The notes under the pieces were generated by a model. That model made no database searches. It saw only the letters and a program-made list of their open reading frames with translations, and had not been told where the DNA came from. Positions 34,884-47,451 of a DNA stretch of 64,000 bases are shown here, in pieces (within the stretch, counting starts at the first letter, position 1; each line of letters starts with the position of its first letter). Both the position numbers and the translations under genes were made by a program. This stretch comes from Neoechinorhynchus agilis (lineage: Eukaryota; Animalia; Acanthocephala), in contig CM121342.1 of the NCBI GenBank assembly GCA_051530055.1, positions 14,771,480-14,835,479 on the forward strand, written 5' to 3'.

Positions 34884-37800
34884 ATGGTAAGGAACATACT
34901 CAAGTTAGAAAATAATGACACTAATATTTGTACTGAGTAGGCACAATCAAAAGATAATGGACCATCTTCACCATTCTCCTTGTCGAAACTCAAGTCCAAA
35001 ATCATGTTTTGGAAACCACCAGAGGTTCACAACGATACCTTAGAAGGATTGAAAAAGGAACTTGAATTAGTGAGAGAGATCCCATGCTTCTTACTTAAGC
35101 TATACTCCTGCTTCAGGAGGATCATAAACTAAGTCTCGAGGAATTAAGTGCAAAACATAATGTAAATGTAGAAACGGTTAGTATTCATTTGAAATCGCGA
35201 TTTTTGTCTTAGACTAGTGAAACTCAGGGATTGTCAGATGATGAAGTCGCGATCCGATTGGAAAGAGATGGCCCCAATGCCTTGAGTCCGCCTCCTACAA
35301 CTCCGGAATGGGTGAAATTTCTAAAGACAATGTTTACCGGATTTTCTCTTCTTCTTTGGGCTGGTGCACTGATGTGCATTATAGCATGGGCCATCGAGCG
35401 AAGTCAATTCGGGAACACAACTCTCGATTATGTAAGTGTCTTTTTATTTCTACTGATTTATATGTTAGACGTCGTCAGCTAATCCTTGGTGCAGTCCTGG
35501 CCGCTGTAGTAGTAATCACCGGATGCTTCTCGTATTTCCAAGAGGCAAAAAGTTCACGAATCATGGATTCATTCAAGAATCTTGTTCCACAAGTAAGTAT
35601 AATCTTTTGGTTTGACCTAATAGAAAGACATTATCCTATTAGTATGCAGTCGTTCTTCGAAATGGAGGCAAGATTGATATAGGAGCCGAACAAATCGTCA
35701 AAGGCGATATTCTTGAACTCAAATTTGGAGACAGAGTGCCAGCTGACATTGTCATTATCAAGGCTCACGGATTCAAGGTTTTGGCGACTTTGGTTTCGGT
35801 TTTCATCTTTAAATATGAGATAGGTTGACAACTCATCTTTGACGGGCGAATCGGAACCACAATCACGTGGAACCGAGTATACGCATCCCAATCCACTCGA
35901 GACGAAAAATCTCGCGTTCTTTGGTACAAATGCTGTCGAAGGTAAAGTTTTTCACTTGTAAAATTACCCTCAAACTGAATAATCGGACAATTTTTGAACC
36001 TTCCTAGCGTTGAAAACTATTTGGGAGCACTGAGATTGTAAAACACTTATGCAGTTTGAAGTATAAAATCCCTTTAAACTTTATTTTAGTATACATTTTT
36101 ATAATTGCAAAGTTGAGCTCCCTTTTTTCAAACATTTCTTGGTTCCTAATATAAGGTCAGTTTTTTGTCCGAACAGAATATAATCGAAAGCACACAGTCA
36201 TATAACGTTCTTGGGAAAAATTGGCCTTGAAAAATTCATCAAATGCAATTCCAAAACTTTGAATTCGATTTAAGACTATAATCTTATAGGTACATGCACC
36301 GGCATTGTTATTGGAACTGGCGATGAGACAGTCATGGGTCGTATTGCGGGTCTTGCGACAGGACTTGGGATTGGACAAACTCCCATTGCTATTGAGATCG
36401 CAAGATTTATTCATATTATCACAGCAGTTGCAGTTACGATCGGAGTGGTATTTTTCGCTCTTTCTTTGATTCTCGGATACAATGTACTAGAATCAATAGT
36501 GTTTCTGATCGGTATCATTGTGGCAAACGTGCCAGAAGGTCTCCTGGCTACTGTTACGGTAAGCCATAAGGATCGACCAACATTTTCGATGAACTTCGGC
36601 CTAGGTATCCCTTACCCTCACTGCAAAAAGAATGGCAAAAAAGAACTGTCTTGTAAAGAACTTGGAAGCCGTGGAGACTTTAGGCTCGACATCGACGATT
36701 TGTTCCGACAAGACTGGAACACTCACACAAAACCGTATGACTGCTGCTCACGTGTACTTTAACGACCAAGTCCGGGTTGCCGACGTGACTGACAGTCAGT
36801 CGGAATGCGAATACGATAAGCAATCAGAAGAGTATAAGGCTTATATTCGATGTTGTATTCTTTGTAGTAGAACCGAGTTTAACGCGGATCCTGCCAATAT
36901 GGCAAAACAAGTTCTTCAACGCGAATGGTAGGTTATATCCGATGTAATGTTTTTCATAACATACTTAAACGCAGCCTCGGAGACGCTTCCGAATCTGCCA
37001 TTTTAAAATATGCTGAACTGTCAACTCGAACAGTTTCTAGAATGCGACAAGAGTACCCAAAAATCTGTGAAATTCCATTCAATTCAACAAACAAATTCCA
37101 GGTTTCGAATTAAGTAAATTTGATTTCTCCAAAACCTCAGTATTTAGCTCTCCATCCACTCTGCACCCGACGATAGCCGATACTTGCTTGTGCTAAAAGG
37201 AGCTCCTGAGAGAGTATTTGCGCTCTGTTCGTCAATTTACGTGAATGGAAAAGACGAACCTATTAGTGATGATTGGACGAATGCTTTTCAATCAGCTTAC
37301 GATGAACTCGGTGGATATGGAGAGCGAGTGCTCGGTTAGTCAGAAACGCTTTATATAGCAAAAGATTTTGCCAGAATCGATTTTAAAGAGACCTTTTTCG
37401 ATTCTCTTGATAGTTCACAAATTGTGTTTCCATTAAGAACCCTTAGTGTTGCAAAATGTTCCACTACTATACTTTCAATTCCATCTATAAACGTAGATGT
37501 AGCATTGTAGGGGAAAATGAGGTGTGATCGAACAAAACCTTTACACCAGTTTTGATTATTCGATCCTGAAAATGGCTATACTTGACATGTTTTTTTAATT
37601 TTTGCTAGAAGCAATTAAGACAATATGAAAAATCTCTGTTCTGTTTTTATCTCAGGACTATGCGATTATTTCCTCCCATCGGATAAATACCCACGTGGAT
37701 ACGAGTTCAATGGCGATGAACAAAATTTTCCTATGAAGGGATTCAGGTTTTTGGGACTCATATCGCTCATCGATCCACCGAGAGCGAATGTTCCTAATAG

Positions 37801-39396
37801 TGTTGAAAAGTGCCGGTCAGCAGGCATAAGAGTTATAATGGTAACTGGTGATCACCCTATAACGGCAAAATCGATCGCCCGATCAGTTGGCATCATATCA
37901 CCAGGCAGTAGGACACCGGACGAAATAGCGAAAGAGACCGGCAGAGACGTTAGTGAAATTTCACCATCGTGAGTATTTCTGTATTCAACAGATCATGAAC
38001 ACTATAAGCCGTTTTTTAAGAGAGGCTCGAGCTATTGTCATACATGGAAATGATTTGAAGAACATGGACTCGGAGATGGTAGCTAATACTCTAAGAAATC
38101 ATCCAGAGATTGTGTTTGCACGAACATCTCCTCAACAAAAATTGATTATTGTTGAGAGTTGCCAGAGATTAGGAGCAATCGTCGCTGTAACCGGTGATGG
38201 AGTTAACGATTCCCCTGCGCTCAAAAAAGCGGATATTGGAGTTGCGATGGGTATTGCGGGTAGTGATGTGAGTAAACAGGCGGCTGATATGATCTTACTG
38301 GACGACAACTTCGCGTCCATTGTTACTGGAGTCGAAGAAGGTCGTCTGATTTTTGATAATCTGAAGAAATCAATCGCTTATACATTGACCTCGAACATTC
38401 CCGAAATCATGCCATTCCTTATATTTATTATAACGGGAATTCCGCTTCCTCTTGACACCATAACCATTTTGTTTATTGATCTCGGAACAGATATGGTGCC
38501 TGCTATTAGTCTTGCATATGAGAAGGCCGAACTGGATATAATGAAGCGCAAACCGAGAAATCCGAAGACGGATCGATTGGTAAACGAAAGGTTTGCATCT
38601 CTATCAATTTTTTTCTTTAGATAGTCTTATTCATTTCAGTATCGGAAACGAATTATATAGTCAAAATATTATTCCAAAATCTGAATTGATTAAGCTCATT
38701 TTCTATGTTTCTACCGTTTTACATACAAGAACTTTCTTTATTCTCTAATCATTTGAGAACTTCGAATTCATTTTGAAAAAATGTCACTTTTCGGTATTCT
38801 CATATCTTTGGTATTTTTTTCAGGCTGATCTCTATGGCTTACGGGCAAATCGGAATGATTCAGGCCTCAGCTGGGTTCTTTATCTACACTGTCATTATGG
38901 CAGATAATGGATTCTTACCAAGTCGACTGATCAATCAACGCCTTTCTTGGCAGAGTCCTTGGGCTAATGATTTATCCGATTCGTTTGGTCAAGATTGGAC
39001 AACCGAGCAAAGACGTGTTCTAGAAGATACATGCCAGACCGCTTTCTTCCTTTCGATTGTCATGGTTCAATGGACCGATTTGATCATTTGCAAAACGAGG
39101 AGATTGTCGCTGTTTCAACACGGAATGGGAAACACAGTGCTCGATTTTGCAATAATTTTCGAAACTTTGTTAGCTATGACTCTGATTTATATGCCAGGAC
39201 TCAATACGGGTCTTCAACTGCGACAAGTCTTGTAGGTAATGAATTTGCCAAAAACCATCACCATTTCCTTTTTAGCTTTCTATACATGGTATATCCGTTG
39301 CCATTCGTTCTGCTGATCTTCGTATTCGATGAATGTAGAAAGTATATTTTAAGAAAGCGTCCAGCGGGATTCATAGAAAGAGAAACCTACTATTGA
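34884..39396 (+). CDS. ATP1A: Na+/K+-ATPase alpha subunit (P2C ATPase), multi-exon
   Basis: [96 protein letters not shown] and terminal RETYY*. All junctions traced are GT-AG. The first exon appears to be ATG only (34884-34886). Confidence 0.97.
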
Positions 39397-40260
39397 TTTA
39401 ACAACCAAATATATTGATTTTTCTATCATGTGATGGCAGCAAAACTATGATTTATTTGTCTAATATCGATAAACGTTAAGAAGTCAGAAAAACGTTTATC
39501 TAGAAATAAGAAATTATTGCGCATCGTAGACAAAATATTAATAGCTTTTAAGATTCTGAAATGTTGAACAGAGTATTCTCAAGACCAAACTTTAAACAAA
39601 ATGAAAGCTAGAGTTTAATTAGCGTTGAGAGGCAGATATGTTCACTCCAACACTTAATAAAAAAGTATCCAGCAAGCCAGAATTAAAAGATAAAAAAGTT
39701 GAAATATTGAATCGCCTTGATAAAGAAGAATGTGACTACTCAACTGTAGTTTCTCAAGAGAGTAAGAGACCTTGCAAAACAGTAAATCTAAAATTATGTA
39801 ATTCTATCCTTACTTTGTTTTTTAAACCACTTCCCCACATTTTCAAGACCTATGATATCTGTAGTCGATCCTTAAAAATTGCATACATCACATTGGGGTT
39901 TCGGTATCCGAAAAGTATCGCATCCGAATGGTGTCCGGTCCAATTAATTCGGATAAACAACGTTCTACAATATAATCGCTGGTTTATTATAAATGTCATG
40001 AAATCATTCACACCACCGCTCTGGATCACTCAGCTGAATCCATGCCAGAATCGGTGCTCATTTGTACAGCCATTAAAATTAATTAAGGATTGATACAAAC
40101 AGTTACACATATAACCATTATTTCATTTCAATATTTTTGTAAAAAATTGAAGTCAGAGATGTAGTTAATGTATGAGCTAAACGCATTGAATTCGTAATTG
40201 GAGTGAACATAAAGGGGTTCAGACGAAAACAATCCACGATTAAATATTATTTTTTGTTGT

Positions 40261-40380
40261 AAAGAAGTTGTTCATGAATATATTTTGTTCAGTGTGATAT
40301 AGAGCTCAATTTATTGGTTCCCTTTCACTCAATATTTCGTCCGTCTCTTCGGACTTCTTCAGGTCTAAAAGGTAGGTCAG
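40261..40380 (-). ncRNA. Hammerhead-like motif, family B copy
   Basis: Minus strand gac-CUGAAGA-A-GUCC(gaagagac)GGAC-GAAAUAUU (40362-40331). The flanks aggtctaaaaggtaggtcag and gaagttgttca are shared with the 62.5-kb and 8.9-kb copies. Confidence 0.6.
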
Positions 40381-40598
40381 GGTATTACGAAATTAAGTTG
40401 ATCATATAGATAATTGATTAAGACGTAAAGCTTTGGATACTGTAATTAGAATACTCTTAGATGACTGAGATTTAAGGTACAAAAAATAACATTTAAAGAA
40501 GCAATAATGATTCAAACATTTTCACAAATTTATTAGTTAGGTTGCCATGGAAATTCCATCAGCCAGATTTTTACGTTCAAAAGATTTGCCTGCATTAA

Positions 40599-42176
40599 AT
40601 GACTTTCACGCCGAGTTGTCTCGTAGTTCTTGTTTTAGTTACCTATAAAGTCCAGTCAGAGGGTATTTCCGATACTTTGTTGACCACGAAAGCAGATTGG
40701 TTCTCAATGTATTACAGAGAACCCGGTGAATCATTAAATGTCGATTGCGAGAAACATGACGGTCTATGGTATCACATACCTTTTGGAAAATCGATAACCA
40801 AGCCATTTGGCCCGAATCCTTTGATAATAACATCCATCAATGGCAGTCATGCCGGTCTTTTTGTTTGTGCGAGCAAATCTTCCCCAAAAGATAGACGATT
40901 TTTGTTTTTGACAACGTCAGGTGAGCGATGCATTCAATTTTAAAATTAATTACTTTAATTTAAAAAAGCGTATGAGTTACTCGATCCATCGTGGGAAGGA
41001 GAGGGTAGTGCGATTGTGGGAGAACCATTAAGGAGACAATGCGTGATTCGTCAGGAGATAAATTATACTGTTTCAGTTAAATTAACTATAAGAAAGGACA
41101 GTGCCGTTCATGATGTGATAACGGACAATTCAATTCTTTTTATTGATAAACTTAAATATGAACATGAAGGAATGTATGTATGCTTACTTAAGACGGCCGG
41201 AGGTAGCTACGCGGCTCGGGCATTTCATCTAAGACCTGAAGGTTAGTTAGCTGAAGCTAAACGATAATGGATTGAATTGATTTCGATAGGTGTGCCAGCT
41301 CTGATAAGCACTCGAGAAAGTGTTAAGTTTGTAAAAGATGGAGAGACTGGTGTGGTCCTTGAATGCCCTGTGTATGGAATTCCGGTTCCATCGATAACGT
41401 GGAAGTTCAATGGCCAATCTGATCCAGCAATTCCAAATAAACCAACTATCCTACTCGACAAGGTCAACTCTTCTAAGCAAGGTATTTATGAATGCTTCGC
41501 CACGAATCGATACGGAACAAGTTCAGGAAATGTTGAGCTCATTGTAGCAGGTAAATGCGATAAGCAGCGAGTAATCGAGACTATTTTTTTAGGACCACCA
41601 GAGAACATTGGTGAGCAGGTTGCACCGGATATAATAAGTGAACATAACAAAACTTTTATGGTTGCAAAATGTCCAATTGGGTCCAGAATCGACACCGTCT
41701 ATCAGTGGAAACTAAAGGTCAGATTTCGTCACCGAATGCTTTTCCCATGTAATCTCATCGAAATCACGCACTTACAAAAAGTCCCAATAAATATTATATC
41801 ACACACGAACGATAAGTAATGCCCGAAACATTTATTGACATATAGCATTTAGAAACATCACGGAAAGGAAATAGAAGTTTTTGGTCAAAATGAAGGTTTT
41901 GCAAGAATCGAAATTCGTCCAGATGAGGTAGAATATCTCATTTGTGAGGCAGCGAATATATTCGGCAACACCAGCGCAAATGTTCAAACAAAAGTTATAA
42001 GCAAACGAGAAGAAAGGCAGCATAATTATGACTATTTGGAAATGACTACCGTTCAAGAACACGCGAACAACAAAATAGTTGCTGATTTTAGACTCCAGAG
42101 TGCGATTCGCAATTCCGTTCACGGTGTGGAATTGACCCCAGACCTACAGTACAAAACAACAAAATTAAATAGTTGA
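40599..42176 (+). CDS. Secreted immunoglobulin-superfamily protein, 4 Ig-like domains, about 5 exons
   Basis: Signal-like MTFTPSCLVVLVLVTYKVQS. Ig Cys/Trp patterns: VDC...W...AGLFVC; RQC...EGMYVC; LECPVYGIPVPSITW...QGIYECFATNRYG; AKC...YQW|...YLICEAANIFG. Stop at 42174-42176. No TM seen; further exons not excluded. Confidence 0.7.
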
Positions 42177-42519
42177 TAGTTCTACGTGGTGTCCGCCACT
42201 AATTAATAAATATTTTTGATTGAGCTGTGATCCGCAATGTTTAGCATTTACTAATTGACTTTTTGGAAGCTTCATGGATTTTTACATTTTGCAAACAAGC
42301 GATGTGCGAATGATAGGACTTAATTACCGACTAGATTTCGCACGCTGTAACTTTTAACAAATATTACCATTGGTGGACGTATAATTTTAGTAGCCAATCA
42401 AAGTTTACATCATCTAGAAGAATTTTGAGAAGTCTGTACAAGTTAAAGTCCGGCGATCAAAGACAATGAAAAATACAAATGGCTTAATAAATGAAACCAA
42501 TATATATATCAACTCCTCG

Positions 42520-44368
42520 TCAATTTTCGCCCCTTCTTCTCTTGTTGATCGGATTTCTTGGATCGCTGATGTGATACCTCTCCGGTTGCTCTACATTTGC
42601 ATCAACAATCCCAGCGACAAGCCCTTCCTCTTCTTCTACGCCATCGAATCAATCGTCTTCGCATTATTAACTATAGATTCGATGTCCAGTACACAAAATT
42701 CATGATTGTAAAGATCAGATTCGGTGTCACGAGACATTTTCTTCTTAAATACTTCCAACTGAGCCAAAACCTGTATTTACAACGTCTTCAATAAACAAAA
42801 CAATAAAAGACTTACATCTCGTTCACGATCTTTTTTGTTAACAGAATTTCTTTCTTTTGCTTTTTTCACCATATCTACCTTTTTAATCTTAATATTGTAT
42901 TCATTCGCACGCCTTCGTTCCTCATCAGTCAATATTCCTTCATTATCACGTTTTGAGTATTTAGTCCGTTCAATCCCAAATGATACCCGCTTGAGTGCAA
43001 CAGCCTCAACCAGTTTCTGCTTTCTCTTCAATTCCTTAAAGATCTTCTGATACTCTCGTTTTATTATTTCACGTCTAGCTTTAACAATACGAACAGCGCC
43101 GGAAAAAACATATCTAATAACCTACTCGTCTATCTGTTCCTCTTGATTAGCGACCTCGTCAACTGGTTCAGATTCAGCATCGTTAAATAGTGGTTTATCG
43201 CATTCGGATTCCAACTTGACAACTTCTTTCGAAAGATGCGGATCTTCTCCGGCATCATGAGCACTTTTTATCCTTATCTCTACGGTGACCTCTTGGTCTT
43301 CATCATCTGTTGCAAATGATAGCAGATTTCTGTTTCTAGCGAGATTTACATATGATTTCGATGCTCGAAAGAGAACGATACTTTGTTAAAAAATTAAAAC
43401 GTCCAATAGTTCACCTGAGATTTCCATGAATTTTCGTAAACTAGCGAAAACAAAATTTTAGCTTATTTAAATGTTTTGTTGGAAAACAAAATTTGTTAAT
43501 TATAAATGGGACGAAGGGAAATGTCTCGGCAAAAGTTACGTGCTATCCACTCTGATTTACTCAAAAATTTGAAATAATAGATTTCATGGATAACTTTCTA
43601 ATTCCTAAGAAGTCGGAATTGCATTGAAACTCATACATAGGTCGTTGTACAATAAAAAGAACGAGAGTAAATATCTTACCTCGTAGCCTTGCAAGCTCTT
43701 TCTGGCCTCTCGGCAACCTTGACCTTCCTTAAACGTTTCCGATTCAGTCTCGGATGAAGATCGTGAAATGGGTTGTTCATGATTTCTACACTTCTAATCT
43801 TATGCACATATTCTGGAATTTCGTTACAAACTTCGCCCTCGCCCAATTTCAACATATTGAAGATGGTCTTACCGGTTACCTACAATAGTGACAAGGACGA
43901 AACTTTTGAGTTATAAATACGAACTTTGCCGAACAGAGTGGATTGTTGATCCAATTCTGGAGTTGGACCAAGCGTAAAGAAGAATTGACTTCCGTTTTGT
44001 CCATTGATCTTTGCCATTCCCAAAAGACCCCGCCGGGTGAACCTTAGACGGCTATGAAATTCGTCCTTTAGTTCGTAGTCATCAAATGCACAGCGACCAC
44101 CATCACCATCAGGATCTCCCGTTTGAACAATAAAGTTTGGTACAACTCTATGAAAGTTACAGTCGTCGTAAAATCCGTCGAGGCAGTGTTGAATAAAATT
44201 TCGGCATGCTTGAGGGCACTCTTTAGTCCATAGTTCAACATCAATATCGCCAGCAGTCGTATGGAACAAAACCTGTTTTTTAAGAGATTCACATGGATGT
44301 GAAAGAGTTTCGATTATAAAGTGCACCTTGCCACTTGTAACGGGTTCTTGGATGTATACATTACTCAT
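42520..44368 (-). CDS. CWC27: Spliceosome-associated cyclophilin CWC27, multi-exon
   Basis: MSNVYIQEPVTSGKV, TTAGDIDVELWTKECPQACRNFIQHC, FHRVVPNFIVQTGDP, KDEFHSRLRFTRRGLLGMA, NGSQFFFTL, NLLSF..D, KSAHD...DPHL and C-terminal SDPRNPINKRRR. The last junction is ambiguous. Confidence 0.93.
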
Positions 44369-44914
44369 CTATAACATAATTGAAATTCTAGAATGAATTC
44401 CTAAAATGATCATCGTGTGCAATGCGCTGACGGAATTTTGATTAAAATTCGATTAAAAATACACATTAAGGCGACGCTTATATAAGCAGTTTGCTCTTAG
44501 AGAAACAAACTGAGTCGCATCTTTAATCAATGATTAATGAAGCTTGCTTTAAGCGTCACAGCATTTCACACTGAGAAACTAAATCCCTTGCTACGAAAAA
44601 TTGTGAACTGAAAAATTACGAATTATTCGCAAAAATAAATGAAATATGAACGCGAGAAGGTTTTAGAGATGGTTTTAACGGGAAAATCCATATCGGACGG
44701 TTACAGGAAGAGTCTAGCTATTCAATTGTACCAATTTAGTCGTCGAAATCGCCAAAGGCTCATACACTGCACTGAAATCGCTAAAAAATCACATTAAAAA
44801 GAAGTACTCATTGAAGAACTTTCAGCCTACTCATCGCAGAATTCGAGGTTTGTCATGTAGAATTGCAACAAGCACTGAATAAATTTCGAAATAATGAGTG
44901 ATAAGGCGAGGCTT

Positions 44915-45360
44915 TTTCGTTCGAAATGAGAGATAATGATGACTACAACTCCAATTAGATAAAATATTGTTCAACACTAAAATGATTCGAGATTGTTTTA
45001 AGGGCGTAAAAATCTTCGTTGGTTAAAAATCAGCTACCGGAACTTCAAGCATAATAATGCAATTAAATAGTAATCATTTGAAATGGGTAAATTCGTTTTT
45101 AAAGCGAGACTCGTTCGAAATGAGAGATAATGATGACTACAACTCCAATTAGATAAAATATTGTTCTGAAGAAGATTTACGTTTAATGTTATGGACTACT
45201 AAAATGATTCGAGATCGTTTGGACACACAGCCCCATTCCGGACCAAGATCAATTGGTTGCATGGTCCAAAGGAGAAAAATTATGAGCCATGAAAAAGGGC
45301 GACATTTAAAAACAAAGAACAATCATTTGAAATGGATAAATTCGTCTTTAAAGCGATCTA
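44915..45360 (+). repeat. Local imperfect tandem duplication, about 200-bp period
   Basis: tcgttcgaaatgagagataatgatgactacaactccaattagataaaatattgttc occurs near 44918 and 45113; aatcatttgaaatgg..aaattcgt occurs near 45072 and 45321. Confidence 0.85.
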
Positions 45361-46126
45361 ATTGGCCAAAGTACGATTTGTTCCAAAGTGATAGATGTTC
45401 ACAGATTTAGAACCAACAGTTTCTTCTACAAAATGATTGTATGGCTCATTTTTTCTCGACTAGGTAACCAATGAGATTTTAGTTCGATGGAGGATCTACG
45501 TATGAAGCCATTCGTCACCTATGAGCGCTTCTCGTTGAAAAGTAATTGTTTTCGCCCAAAGTCGTCATTGCACTTTCTCACGGTAATTGCGCGATTGCTT
45601 TCCACAAGATTGTCTTAGGTATAGAAAGTTCTTGTGGAGAGATTTCAGTCCACGTACAGGGTTTTTTTTGCGATGACGTGTACCCATGAAACGTTCTCCC
45701 GTAGTATCAATGGGTTCTAGGGAAGCGGTGGCGTTGATGTGCCAAAACAATTCTCTTGTGGAAGATAACGCTGGCCGGCAACATTAAGAGATTTAGAATT
45801 GTTCGAAAAAACCCGAGAGCATTAATGGGATTTAGTTTTGGTACCGTGCCGGATTCAAAAATTCATAAAGTGCTCCAGTAGCTTCCTGATGCAGCGAATC
45901 AGCATGGAGATCCAACGCGACAATGCCACGGCCATTAAGGAAGCTGCCGAACAATCATGAAGACAGTCTCAGAATTGGACGAAATCGAGGGATTTGTGAA
46001 CAGTAAAAAAAGGGAGAATTTATGGTTTTAGATGTTAGCTACATTTTTAACTGATATTCAAGATCGGAGATGACTGCCGCATTTTGAAATTTCCGATCGA
46101 GACAAAAATTAAGACAAAAAATACTT

Positions 46127-46283
46127 TCTTAGTTTCACCATCGCCCCCGGATTTAAATCTTTTACTAATTTATTTCTCCGATATTTCACCTTTCGTATTT
46201 TTCGCTAGGAATCATCCGACCGGTGTGAAATATCGGGGAAATAAATTGGTAAAGATTTAAATCCGGGCGGTGCAACTAAGAAG
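46127..46283. repeat. MITE-like foldback with about 60-bp arms; single arms also at 14239-14311 and 55474-55540
   Basis: ...ccatcgcccccggatttaaatcttttactaatttatttctccgatatttcac (46127-46189) is complementary to gtgaaatatcggggaaataaattggtaaagatttaaatccgggcgg... (46225-46283). Confidence 0.85.
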
Positions 46284-46524
46284 AGAAGAAAGTATCTTCC
46301 CCCTCCTCGGAAGATAATAATCCAAGGAAAAAAATACACACACTTAGAATTATTGAAAAGAAATATTTCGAAGGAGGAAGATTGATTCGGATTCACTAAA
46401 TTGCCATTCTTGAGGTACGAAGAATTTATGTCCGTTCGAACTTCGCTAATGATGATCCCGATCCATATAACACAACTAAAATCTCCTTTCTACTTTCGAA
46501 ATTAATTTGGACTGGGCGGGATTA

Positions 46525-47345
46525 GATAATCACAATTCTAACTTTAGTACCCCAAAGGATTGTCTCTATAGGTTTAAAAAATGGTCCCTTCAGCGGTTCC
46601 CTGGGAAGTATCTGAAGATCCGGAGTGTTGAGTACAACACTCATTGTCGTGTGCCGTTCAGGGTATTAAGTTATTTTATGGTTTCTTTGACCTAGATCGG
46701 TGGGTTGTGCGCCAAAGGAAAATTATCAACCGTATGAGGGGTGTTCACTGAATTCACCCAATCCGATATTTCGCCACAATCTCATACGCGTTTATCAATG
46801 TTTCAAAGTGATTTATTCACATTGATTAATTTTTTCACCACAAACAAGCAGTTATGAGTTTGTTTGTCGCCTTTGGTTACGGACTAATGCTCCTGATCTC
46901 AGTTTGAGCTAAAGTGTTCAAATTCACAACCGCCGATGCCTCACAATCAAAGGGGGCGAAATACCTCGTTGAAGGGGAGAGGAAACTCACTGACTAGTCC
47001 CGTCTTCCAGGGCGGTATCTGATTATCCGGATAAATTAGTACAAAACTCATAACCGAATGGAAAGGGTTTCAATCCACGATTGCCGATGACTCACAACCA
47101 AAAGGGCGAAATATCTCGTTGAAGGGGAGAGGAAACTCACTGACTAGTCCCGTCTTCCCGGGAGGTATCTGATTATCCGGATAAATTAGTACAAAACTCA
47201 TAATCAAATGGTTCATGGGAATTTAGCGTAGACCAGCGCTTCCTTGACCCAAATCTTTGGGCTGCGCGGCTGAGCCACGCATAAGATGTTAAAACCACAA
47301 TTCTAACTTTAGTACCCTAAAGGATTTTCTCTATATGTTTAAAAA
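46525..47345 (+). repeat. Mosaic of short dispersed and tandem repeats upstream of CK1, with homologous pieces at about 49560-49800, 50557 and 51167
   Basis: aaatacctcgttgaaggggagaggaaactcactgactagtcccgtcttcc duplicated (about 46960 and 47110); cacaattctaactttagtaccc at 46531 and 47296; gttcatgggaattt at 47211 and about 49702. Confidence 0.75.
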
Positions 47346-47451
47346 ACTGTTTATCTTTCTCATTAGACCTCAACGAAATTTGCCATCTACTGAGACTGTC
47401 GTTGTCGTCGTCGTTTGCCACGCATAGTGTAATTCGGTAGTTTTGTTTTAG

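Noticed and set aside
34884-39396. H+/K+-ATPase assignment
   Set aside because: Has TSNIPE (not TKNIPE), IDLGTD and a terminal ETYY typical of Na+/K+ pumps.
39638-40093. 151-aa ORF downstream of the ATPase
   Set aside because: No motif, splice context or compositional support; likely a chance ORF.
45480-45960. Slightly GC-richer stretch suspected of being a transposase remnant
   Set aside because: No convincing DDE, RT or other motif could be read in any frame.
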